Below are positions 19,243-27,657 of a DNA stretch of 64,000 nucleotides, piece by piece. This stretch comes from a virus: IMG/VR virus record IMGVR_UViG_3300024344_000002, positions 9,325 through 73,324 of that record, one strand, 5' to 3'. How positions within the stretch are numbered: the first letter of the stretch is position 1; each line of letters opens with the position of its first letter. Position numbers and translations under genes: made by a program. Under the pieces are notes generated by a model. The model saw only the letters and a list, made by a program, of their open reading frames with translations, did no database searches and had not been told where the DNA came from.

Positions 19243-21458
19243 TGGCAGAATATAAAGAACAAGATTTAAAAGCAAAGATAGAAGCGGATTTAGCCGACAA
19301 TAGTAAAGGTCAAATAACAGCTAAGGTGCTACGAGACAGTATGTTGCATATTGTTGACTCTGTAGTACCTATCGTTGCTAGTGGAACTGACATGTATTTT
19401 GTCAACCCTATCAATATTAAAGATAGCGGTGTAGGCGCTGGAAATGCGCAGCTTGGTGTTATAAACGCTAAGTGGAATGACAATACTGTTTCTTCTGTAA
19501 AGTTTCATACTGGCGATGATGCTACACATAAGAAAAATGGTCATATTACTTTTCACACATCTGCTTCTGGAATAGATGTTGGCGGAGATGGCTTAAAAAG
19601 AAGAGTCTCTATAGAACCAGATGGACAATTTATTGTATATGGTAGTGGAACCAAACCTGCGTTTCGTTTGATAAACAACTACAGTCCTTCTGGTGTTGGA
19701 ATGCTCATAGAGCAGACGCACAAAACTTTGGCAGTTCCTAGTGGTCAAAACATAGAAATTGGTCACTTGGATACTAGAACAGAATTTTTCCATGAAAGAC
19801 TGACTTTAGACGATAGAGGATATCTTGGTTTAGGTGTAAGAAATCCAGCTGAACCAATGCATATTAGAAGTTCTGGAAATGCTATAAGGTTTGATGTTAA
19901 GTCTCGTCCGAACTCGGTTAAAAATACAGCTGATATTTTAATTTCTAAATACAGTGGTGGCGAAGCTTATTCACAGAACAATTTATTTTCTAGCTTTGGT
20001 CTCGGTGTCGATACTAATGCTAGTGGAGTTGGTAGGTTCTTTGTTGGTTATGATGACGACAGAAAGAACCAAGTTGACTTTGGAGATTCATTATTTGTCA
20101 TAGCTAGTGGCGGTAATGCTTCATTAGGATCTCTCTATCCACAAGAACGATTAGTCGTAGGTGATGATCTTGGTAAGCATACAGTCGCCAGTGGTGACAT
20201 AGCAGCTGTAGTAGGTGCTAATTACGGTGATGCCTCTATACTTGTTGGGTCGGGCAATGCAAATACAAACTTGTCCAACTTTGCTCAATCTAAGTGGGAT
20301 AGCTCCACAAAACAGTTTATTATCCAATCAAAATCAAATGGCATAACAAGAAGTAATCAGCTTGTTCTGGACTCTACAAATGGAAACGTAGGGTTTGCTA
20401 GTTCTGGCACAGCTTACGATACATGGAGACCACTCTTTAATACACATGTTTATGCGAGTGGCACTTCTACTGCTGGTGTAGAAACCCCGATGGGTAATGA
20501 GTCTGCTATTTATATTGGCAAGAATACTTCTGGTAGTGGCGATCCAACTATTGGACATTGGTCTTCCATTGGTTACAAAAGTGCTAGCGAAGTACTAAAA
20601 ATTAACAACTCTGGCTCATTGTCTCCAAACAATTTAACGATTGATAGAATTGGAAACGTAGGTATTGGTACAGACTCTCCCTACGACAATTTTGCCGCTG
20701 GCAATAATAGGCTTCATGTTTTTGGAAGCAATTCTTCTTTGCTGGTTGGAGAAATGGTAACTGATTCTGCAATTAGAATCTTTGGCTCAAGAAGTACTAC
20801 AAACACTGCGTACATTCAAGCTGGTACAAGTGCAGCTGATGCTGATGCTAAACTTGCAATTAGCAGAATGGATAGTGATACCAGTAATATTTCTGAACTT
20901 CATTTAAGATCTGACAAAACTACTGTTTATGGAAACATTGCTTTAAATGATAAGTGGCTGAGTAATGATGGTGGTGATGAAGGAATTAAGGTTACTAACG
21001 ATGGTAAAGTTGGTATCAATATTGGGTCTCCAACACACGAACTTCAGTTGAGTACTAACTCAGCTGGAAAACCAATTAGTTCTGTTTGGACTGTTGTTTC
21101 TGACTCTCGTGTTAAGGAAGACATAAGTGATATCACTGGAGCTTTAGACAAGATTGATGCGCTAAGACCAGTTAAGTTCAAGTATACACATGACTATTGC
21201 AATTGTGATCATTCTGGAAATATAGATGACGACACTTATTACTACAACTTTATAGCGCAAGAAGTTGAGACGCATCTTCCTGAAGCTGTTACGACAACTA
21301 ACATTGACGTACACAATCATGATACTGACGAAGTGTTGGTTGAAAACATAAAAACTCTAGATGCACATATTATTAACGTTTACTTAGTTTCCGCAATCAA
21401 AGAGCTTAAGGCAGAACTTGATGCGGCTAAAGCGAGAATAACTGAATTAGAATCCTAA
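19242..21458 (+). CDS. Tail fibre/spike with C-terminal intramolecular chaperone (peptidase S74)
   Basis: GNVGIGT-type repeats, then VSDSRVKEDI, LRPVKFKY, FIAQEVE and a terminal coiled coil LVSAIKELKAEL. Confidence 0.85.
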   Translation: MAEYKEQDLKAKIEADLADNSKGQITAKVLRDSMLHIVDSVVPIVASGTDMYFVNPINIKDSGVGAGNAQLGVINAKWNDNTVSSVKFHTGDDATHKKNGHITFHTSASGIDVGGDGLKRRVSIEPDGQFIVYGSGTKPAFRLINNYSPSGVGMLIEQTHKTLAVPSGQNIEIGHLDTRTEFFHERLTLDDRGYLGLGVRNPAEPMHIRSSGNAIRFDVKSRPNSVKNTADILISKYSGGEAYSQNNLFSSFGLGVDTNASGVGRFFVGYDDDRKNQVDFGDSLFVIASGGNASLGSLYPQERLVVGDDLGKHTVASGDIAAVVGANYGDASILVGSGNANTNLSNFAQSKWDSSTKQFIIQSKSNGITRSNQLVLDSTNGNVGFASSGTAYDTWRPLFNTHVYASGTSTAGVETPMGNESAIYIGKNTSGSGDPTIGHWSSIGYKSASEVLKINNSGSLSPNNLTIDRIGNVGIGTDSPYDNFAAGNNRLHVFGSNSSLLVGEMVTDSAIRIFGSRSTTNTAYIQAGTSAADADAKLAISRMDSDTSNISELHLRSDKTTVYGNIALNDKWLSNDGGDEGIKVTNDGKVGINIGSPTHELQLSTNSAGKPISSVWTVVSDSRVKEDISDITGALDKIDALRPVKFKYTHDYCNCDHSGNIDDDTYYYNFIAQEVETHLPEAVTTTNIDVHNHDTDEVLVENIKTLDAHIINVYLVSAIKELKAELDAAKARITELES

Positions 21459-21471
21459 AAGGGAGATAAAA

Positions 21472-21666
21472 ATGGCTGACGTAGCAACAAATATAAGTGG
21501 TTCAACTGAAAAGAATGGAACAGTTGTAACCGGAGTCGATAGATGTGGCAATTACAAAACTATAGATGCTGTTCAAAATGACGCTGCTGACGTAGCTGGT
21601 TTAGACAGTAAATATACAAACAGATTTGACGATCCTAGATACTATTCCGGTGATGCAATTGGTTAA
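21472..21666 (+). CDS. Small hypothetical protein (64 aa)
   Basis: Good SD (GGGAG) and fills the gap between neighbours. Confidence 0.6.
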   Translation: MADVATNISGSTEKNGTVVTGVDRCGNYKTIDAVQNDAADVAGLDSKYTNRFDDPRYYSGDAIG

Positions 21667-21676
21667 GGTGTAAAAA

Positions 21677-22168
21677 ATGGCTTTGAAATTACCCGCAAGT
21701 GCATTTACGAAATTGAACGAAGCTATACTTTTGTTCAACCGTACTTGTACTATAGTTTATCCAGAAAAAAAGGAAAAATGCGGAAATTGTGTTGCAAATA
21801 CAATAGGTGGAAGATCTACCAACTTTTATAGAAGTGGTGGTCCTGTGCCTTTTGAAAGAGGAAATAACTGTCCACTTTGTGGTGGGTCAGGGTTTAAGTC
21901 AATTGAAAGTACCGATTCAGTTGAGCTTAGGATTTATTACAACCGAAGAGATTTTATAGATGTTGGGTTTAACGCGGATATTCCTAACAATGTAGTTCAA
22001 ACGGTTGGATATGCTGATGATTATCAAAAACTTACAAAGTGCAAGGAATTACTTGTTGATGTAGGTAAGCATAATCAAGGAAGGTATAAAAGGATTTCTG
22101 AGCCATATAACCAAGGCTTCAAACAAAACCCTACACAATACATTGTTTTGTTTTGGGAAAGAGTTTAA
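21677..22168 (+). CDS. Neck/head-closure-like protein with CxxC...CxxC zinc finger
   Basis: CGNC and CPLCGGSG motifs. Position among neck genes. Confidence 0.5.
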   Translation: MALKLPASAFTKLNEAILLFNRTCTIVYPEKKEKCGNCVANTIGGRSTNFYRSGGPVPFERGNNCPLCGGSGFKSIESTDSVELRIYYNRRDFIDVGFNADIPNNVVQTVGYADDYQKLTKCKELLVDVGKHNQGRYKRISEPYNQGFKQNPTQYIVLFWERV

Positions 22169-22860
22169 TGTCTAAAGGTTTATGGGTTGAAATAAAAGAG
22201 AGTTCAAGCGATTTTGACAAAATTATAAGAGCAAGTATAGGAAGGGTTTTGTCAAAGGCTTTTAGCGCTGCTTATCCAGCGATAGTAAAAGAATTAAAAA
22301 CATTAGTACATCATCATGTTTCAAATGCAGATGTCATAAAAGATTTGATGTCTGGTGGAATGCTAAGAGGAGAACTTGGTTTATCATCAGGTTCTGCTAG
22401 CTCTGCTGCTAAAGCTATAGCTCAAGAAATAGGCAATAGCGTTGAAGCTGAGTTTACAGGATTTGATCTTACTCGTGGAAGTAGTCTGGGCGGCGGAGCG
22501 ATTAACCGTGGAGGCTTGACTATATATATTCAAAAGTCTGACTTTACTAATATACTTAGTTTAGCTCAGTCAAGTATTTCTTATTACTCTAAAAAGTATA
22601 AAACAACTGTCAAACTTGATTGGCTTAATTGGTTGTTGACTCAGGGTGATAAGATTATAGTTGCAAAATATCACTACGCTCCCAACAAAGGAAAAGGTAG
22701 ATCGGGACTTGGAAGAATGAAGAAAAAAGGTGCTTGGAGAGTAGATCCAAACTTTTCAGGTACAGTAGAAAACAATTTTATTACAAGAGCCTTAGATAAC
22801 GATACCTTCAAAAAAGATATATCAGATTTAATATCAAAAGAATTAACAAAGCATCTGTAA
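22168..22860 (+). CDS. Tail completion/neck protein
   Basis: TAATG overlap with the upstream stop. DWLNWLL and FSGTVENNFITRAL. Basic composition and position. Confidence 0.45.
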   Translation: MSKGLWVEIKESSSDFDKIIRASIGRVLSKAFSAAYPAIVKELKTLVHHHVSNADVIKDLMSGGMLRGELGLSSGSASSAAKAIAQEIGNSVEAEFTGFDLTRGSSLGGGAINRGGLTIYIQKSDFTNILSLAQSSISYYSKKYKTTVKLDWLNWLLTQGDKIIVAKYHYAPNKGKGRSGLGRMKKKGAWRVDPNFSGTVENNFITRALDNDTFKKDISDLISKELTKHL

Positions 22861-22861
22861 T

Positions 22862-23890
22862 ATGCAAGACCACACAAGATTAAACAAAATAGAAAATGTT
22901 GGCGATAGTACCCTATCACCTCTAATGCAAGACAATGTAATAGAGTTTTTTGATTGGGCTATTATAAACGCTGGTGGTTTTTACAACGTAGAAATACCAA
23001 CCTCCGGCCACTACGGAGGCGACAAACACAAATTAAGATTGGTAGACGATCCTAGATATAATTCTGGGCAAGTCTGGGAAGGCTTTAGATCTAATTGGGT
23101 TTGGCAAAGTGGGCTGGCTTCAGCTACGCAACCAAACACAATAACAAAAGTAAAGCCAGATGCTGGAACTTATCCTAATGCAAAAAACTATCCCGGAGTA
23201 TCTGGGATATTTGTAGATGGTAATTTTCAACCAGCTTCTGGTGCAGGCACTTATGCATATCACATAGACTATCCCAATGGGAGAGTAGTATTTGATACAG
23301 CTATTAGCACTACTAGTACTGTTACTGCTGAGTTTAGTCATAAGTGGGTTGATGTTATTAGAGCTAATAGTGATTTTTTTAGAGAAGTTCAATATAGATC
23401 TTTCCGAGCGGACGGAGACTTTACATTGACTGGATCTGGAGATTATTCACAATTAGCGGAAAATAGACTACAACTGCCCGTTATTGCTGTAGAAATGGTC
23501 CAAGGGAGGAATTTAGAACCTTACGCGCTAGGTACAATGACTCATTATGTTAATACAGATGTATTGTTTCATGTAATGGCCGAAGAGGATTATACAAGAG
23601 ACAAACTTCTTGACATTGTCTCTTTACAAGAGGAAAAAACTATCCTTATGTTTGATAGTGATAGAATCGGTAGAAATGATGCATTTCCGCTGGATTATAG
23701 AGGTATGGTCAAGAATGATGCTCTTAGGTATCCAGAATTGGTAAAACCTAGTGGAGAATCAGGATATAGATATGGCGGTGTTTCTGGCAGCGTTATGACT
23801 TTTAAGGAGGCTACAGTACAAGTTTCTGATGCATTTAACGAAAATCTGTATCATGGCGTTGTAAGGATGAACACAGAGGTAATTACTTAG
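22862..23890 (+). CDS. Tail terminator-like protein with inserted beta domain
   Basis: RLQLPVIAVE, DVLFHVMAE..TRDKLLDIV and an IDYPNGRVVFD insert. Immediately before the tail tube. Confidence 0.5.
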   Translation: MQDHTRLNKIENVGDSTLSPLMQDNVIEFFDWAIINAGGFYNVEIPTSGHYGGDKHKLRLVDDPRYNSGQVWEGFRSNWVWQSGLASATQPNTITKVKPDAGTYPNAKNYPGVSGIFVDGNFQPASGAGTYAYHIDYPNGRVVFDTAISTTSTVTAEFSHKWVDVIRANSDFFREVQYRSFRADGDFTLTGSGDYSQLAENRLQLPVIAVEMVQGRNLEPYALGTMTHYVNTDVLFHVMAEEDYTRDKLLDIVSLQEEKTILMFDSDRIGRNDAFPLDYRGMVKNDALRYPELVKPSGESGYRYGGVSGSVMTFKEATVQVSDAFNENLYHGVVRMNTEVIT

Positions 23891-23903
23891 TTTTTACCTT
23901 AAT

Positions 23904-23914
23904 TGGTGTATAAT
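23904..23914 (+). promoter_or_regulatory. Putative late promoter TGGTGTATAAT
   Basis: Exact motif in the gap upstream of the tail tube gene. Confidence 0.7.
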
Positions 23915-23952
23915 AACTTAGAAAACAAAACTCACTTTTGGGAGAGATTATA

Positions 23953-25080
23953 ATGGCAGCAAATAGAATTTACTGGGCTATTACTGCGCTTAGTACTGCT
24001 CCTGAATCTACTGGTGCAGCTGGTCCGGGTGGCGAAAAAGCCATTACCGCAGCCAACTTTGTGCCGGGCGTTCAGAGTGTCGGTATTACTACTACATTTA
24101 ATCTAGAACAGGTTTTTGAACTTGGTCAATTAGAATTGTACCAAGACGTTGAAGAAGTACCTGATATCGAAGTTTCTGTAGAGCGCGTAATAGATGAACA
24201 TATACTTTTATATACTAGGTGTGTAGATCCTGCAACACCAAGTGGCAATAAGACTATTTCAGCAATCCAAAACAATAAGGTGGATGTATTTATGAATGTA
24301 CATCCAGACTCAGCCGATAATGCTGGTGATAGTGTACCAGATGCTATCGTTCATTGTTCTGGTATGTATTTATCAAGTGTTTCATTTAACATGGCAACTG
24401 ATGGTAACTTAACTGAATCTATTACTCTTGTTGGAAACCACAAGAGATGGAGACAGGGTAAGGCGCACGAGACTGGTACAAATACTCACTGGAGTAGCAA
24501 AACTCCATTCGTAGTAACTGATGTTCCTCGTGGTATGCCTACAGCTACGAACATTGATGCTAAAGCAACTGGTGCTGTTGTAAAACGTCGTCAAAACGTT
24601 CACATCACACCTCCTGCTAGTGCTGGTGGTTCAGATGCAAAAGTTACAAGTGCTAGTGTAAGTTGTGACTTTGGTCGTGAACAAATTAATGTTCTTGGCG
24701 CTAGACTGCCATATCATAGATATGTTAGTTATCCTGTTGAAGTTACTTGTGATTTGGAAGTTGTAATTACTGATATTAATGATCAAGGTATTACAGCTTT
24801 GCCAGAGTCTGACAATCTTAGCGAAGAAACTCTTAAGTTTGAAATTAAAGACGACGCAGGAGTTGCAATTGCTACTATTGACCTTGGCACTAAAAACAAA
24901 CTTACATCTGTTACTTGGGGCGGTGGAGATACTGGTGGTGGTAATGCTACCTTTAGTTACTCATACCGTAACTTTAACAAGATGGATGTTCACAGTCATA
25001 AAACAACATATAGTATTGTTGAATGTGGCGATGACGCCAATAAGAATGTTACTGACTACACAAGTTCTATTAGTTGTTAG
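23953..25080 (+). CDS. Major tail tube protein
   Basis: GVQSVGITTTFNLEQVFELGQLE and a second domain with SASVSCDFGREQINVLG. Own promoter, SD (GGAGAG) and a downstream hairpin. Confidence 0.7.
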   Translation: MAANRIYWAITALSTAPESTGAAGPGGEKAITAANFVPGVQSVGITTTFNLEQVFELGQLELYQDVEEVPDIEVSVERVIDEHILLYTRCVDPATPSGNKTISAIQNNKVDVFMNVHPDSADNAGDSVPDAIVHCSGMYLSSVSFNMATDGNLTESITLVGNHKRWRQGKAHETGTNTHWSSKTPFVVTDVPRGMPTATNIDAKATGAVVKRRQNVHITPPASAGGSDAKVTSASVSCDFGREQINVLGARLPYHRYVSYPVEVTCDLEVVITDINDQGITALPESDNLSEETLKFEIKDDAGVAIATIDLGTKNKLTSVTWGGGDTGGGNATFSYSYRNFNKMDVHSHKTTYSIVECGDDANKNVTDYTSSISC

Positions 25081-25101
25081 TAGTCTGAAATCTGACTTGA
25101 T

Positions 25102-25127
25102 AAGGGGTTGGTTTTCCAGCCCCTTTT
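25102..25127 (+). terminator. Terminator-like hairpin after the tail tube gene
   Basis: AAGGGGTTGG-TTTT-CCAGCCCCTT with only a short T-tract. Confidence 0.6.
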
Positions 25128-25240
25128 GTCAGTTCACATAGCGATAGCCACAAAATTAGGATAGGCGAGTGAATGAGCTGACTTTTTATACGTATGGGAT
25201 TATAAGGATCGGGAAGCAAAAAACCCGATAGTAGAATTCT

Positions 25241-26275
25241 ATGGAATTTTATGAACGGGATTTTTTTGTATCAAGGCTACTAGCCGGATATGTAAAACTA
25301 GACTTCAAAAAGCTGAAGCTCTATGTTCATCCACCTACTCCTGAAGTTAATTATGAATCTCAGGAGATTTTTATGGAAGCTTACGAAGAAGCTTTTATGT
25401 CGGGTGTTTTCACAAGACAAGAAATGCGCAACTACATGCTTCAAAACGGCTTGTGGTCAAAAGCGGAAGAAAAAGAAAAAGAAAAAGTAAAAAAAGAAGC
25501 AGAAGATTTAAAAATACAGCTTTATAAAAACTTTGTAAACCCAGTAAAGAAAAAAGCAATAAGAAGCTTGATTAGGGAAGCTGAACAAAAATTATTGAAT
25601 CTAGCAATAAAGGAGTCAACGTATAATCATACTGACTGTGAAGGTTTAGCGACCTATGCAAGATTGAATTGGTTAACGCAGAATACAACAAAAAATCTAG
25701 ATGGTTCTTTGTATAGTTTTAATGAAATTGATGTATCAAGTGTATTAAAAAGATATCAAGCAGAACTGTTAGATGATTTAGAAGCAAGGGAGATAGCTAG
25801 GACTGAACCTTGGAGGAACAATTGGAATAGCTCCAAATATACCAACGGGTTATTTAATGTGAGTTCTCCAATACAGTTAAACCAAGAACAAAAGTCGGTT
25901 TTAGCATATTCTCAGATGTACGATAATATATCTGAATCTCATGAATCACCAGTTGATGACATTATACAAGATGATGATGCTTTAGATGGCTGGTTAATAA
26001 AACAAAGAAGAGAATCAGAAAAAAGAAAGAATCAAAAAGGAAACGAAGACAGACTTGGCGCACATAGTGGAGCTGACGAAGTCTACGTTATTACAGAAGG
26101 AAAAGAAGAGGCCGAAGCTGTATACGATATGAATGATGGCGAAGCAATGTACAATGTTTCTGAGCGATTTGCCACTTTGGAAAGAGATGGCGAAATTGAC
26201 TACACGGCTTTTGGGGATGTTAAAAGAAGACTAAATGAGCAAATGAATGACATGATGAAATCAAGGAGAGGTTGA
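25241..26275 (+). CDS. Putative tail assembly chaperone
   Basis: Helical charged protein between tube and TMP. IIQDDDALDGWL. Confidence 0.45.
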   Translation: MEFYERDFFVSRLLAGYVKLDFKKLKLYVHPPTPEVNYESQEIFMEAYEEAFMSGVFTRQEMRNYMLQNGLWSKAEEKEKEKVKKEAEDLKIQLYKNFVNPVKKKAIRSLIREAEQKLLNLAIKESTYNHTDCEGLATYARLNWLTQNTTKNLDGSLYSFNEIDVSSVLKRYQAELLDDLEAREIARTEPWRNNWNSSKYTNGLFNVSSPIQLNQEQKSVLAYSQMYDNISESHESPVDDIIQDDDALDGWLIKQRRESEKRKNQKGNEDRLGAHSGADEVYVITEGKEEAEAVYDMNDGEAMYNVSERFATLERDGEIDYTAFGDVKRRLNEQMNDMMKSRRG

Positions 26276-26676
26276 TGGAAGAATCATACGCAGAACTTGT
26301 CAGAAAATCTGATAAGTTTAAAACAGACAAAGATAAAAAGTACAAAGACGTTTCAAAAGATCGTCTTTTAAAAATATCCAAGAAAAAAGTTCAAACAACT
26401 ATGATTGGCGCTTTAAGCACAATCGAGCGAGTTTTTGGTTTTTTATGGGGTCATGGTTCTCAAGAAGAACTTACTCCAGAACAAGAACACATGAAAGAGC
26501 TTTTTGAAGAAGTTAGATCGGAAATATTGGACAGGGGCAACAATCAGTCTAGAAATCTCGAAGCTGAATTTGCTAATTATGAAATTAATTGGTTGAGGTA
26601 TCAAATGACGTTACCCGTTAAACCACTAAATACATTAGAAGGAGATAAAGATGGCCAAGCAGAAACAGCTGGATAA
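26272..26676 (+). CDS. Hypothetical protein (tail assembly region)
   Basis: SD GGAGAGG, overlaps both neighbours. Confidence 0.55.
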   Translation: MMEESYAELVRKSDKFKTDKDKKYKDVSKDRLLKISKKKVQTTMIGALSTIERVFGFLWGHGSQEELTPEQEHMKELFEEVRSEILDRGNNQSRNLEAEFANYEINWLRYQMTLPVKPLNTLEGDKDGQAETAG

Positions 26677-27592
26677 GATCGAAGTAAAAAGTGTTGACTC
26701 AAGAGGTAAAGACAGAACTGTTTATCTTAAACTACCTGACTCGAAAGTAAATAAGGAAGCTCAGTTAGCATACAACAAGGCTTTCCGAAATGCACTTCAA
26801 GACGGCGCAATACTCAGACAAAAACTGAACAGCGTCATGAGAGAGCAAGGAGTTTGGAGTGACAAAAAACAAGACGAATACGATAAAGTACTCAAAGAGA
26901 TTAATGATAGCGAACTAAGAATTAAAAAGGGTGGTATTTCACTTGCGGAAGCTAAAAAAGTGGCAATGTCCCTTAGAGATCTTAGAGACCGCTTCAGAGT
27001 GCTTATTGCAGAACGATCTTCGATGGATAGTAACACCGCAGAAGGCTTAGCAGATAATGAAAGATTTGGTTATCTAGTCTATGCTTGTTTGGTAAACGAA
27101 AAAGGTCATAGACTTTTTGATGATTATGATTCGTATCAAACAAACGAAGCAGAACCATTTGTGGTGGAAGCAGCTGGAGCTTTGGCAGAAAAGTTGTATG
27201 GATTAGATCCAGACTACGATAAAAATTTACCAGAAAATAAGTTTTTAGTTGATTATAGTTTTGCTGATGAAGAACTAAGACTTGTTAATGAAGAAGGCCA
27301 TCTAGTTGACAGAGAGGGTAGACTCATCAACGAAGACGGTAGATTCATTGCCTATAATGATGACGGTGAACCATATTTTATAGACAAAGACGGTAAACTA
27401 GTTACTGAAGATGGCGAATACGATATTGAATTTTCACCATTCTTGGACGACTCAGGAGATGCAGTTCCTGTACCCGGCCAAGAAGAAGAAAAGAAAGAAG
27501 AAGAGGAAGAAGTCGCTGTAGTAGAAGAAAAGCCTAAACCTAAAACTACAAGACGACGCAGGACAACTAAGCAAAAAGCAGATACCGAATAG
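26651..27592 (+). CDS. Putative tail assembly chaperone with (D/N)xxG hairpin repeats
   Basis: SD GGAG. The N-terminal half resembles 25241..26275 (AFxxALxxG...MRxxGxWS). NEEGHLVDREGRLINEDGRF repeats. Confidence 0.45.
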   Translation: MAKQKQLDKIEVKSVDSRGKDRTVYLKLPDSKVNKEAQLAYNKAFRNALQDGAILRQKLNSVMREQGVWSDKKQDEYDKVLKEINDSELRIKKGGISLAEAKKVAMSLRDLRDRFRVLIAERSSMDSNTAEGLADNERFGYLVYACLVNEKGHRLFDDYDSYQTNEAEPFVVEAAGALAEKLYGLDPDYDKNLPENKFLVDYSFADEELRLVNEEGHLVDREGRLINEDGRFIAYNDDGEPYFIDKDGKLVTEDGEYDIEFSPFLDDSGDAVPVPGQEEEKKEEEEEVAVVEEKPKPKTTRRRRTTKQKADTE

Positions 27593-27603
27593 TTAACTGG
27601 AAA

Positions 27604-27647
27604 GTGGGTATATCGTAGAACTGTCTAACGATATGCCCATTTTTTTT
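27604..27647 (+). terminator. Rho-independent terminator directly upstream of the TMP
   Basis: 13-bp stem GTGGGTATATCGT / ACGATATGCCCAT (two G-U pairs) followed by a T-run. Confidence 0.75.
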
Positions 27648-27657
27648 GAGGTAGAAG

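Noticed and set aside
21666-21676. AGGTGTAAAAA as another copy of the late promoter
   Set aside because: It lacks TATAAT and is better explained as the SD of the 21677 gene.
13292-23952. Longest-ORF starts in the track at 13292, 14011, 22153 and 23938 (also 62648)
   Set aside because: Downstream ATGs at 13307, 14062, 22168, 23953 and 62615 fit SD position or stop/start coupling better.
25241-27592. Programmed -1 frameshift in the tail chaperone genes
   Set aside because: The downstream ORFs have their own SD and start codons, and I found no convincing slippery heptamer at the junctions.
22862-27592. Contractile tail sheath or contractile injection system
   Set aside because: No sheath, baseplate J or gp25-like motifs were recognised. 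Terminase, portal and capsid genes show a true phage.
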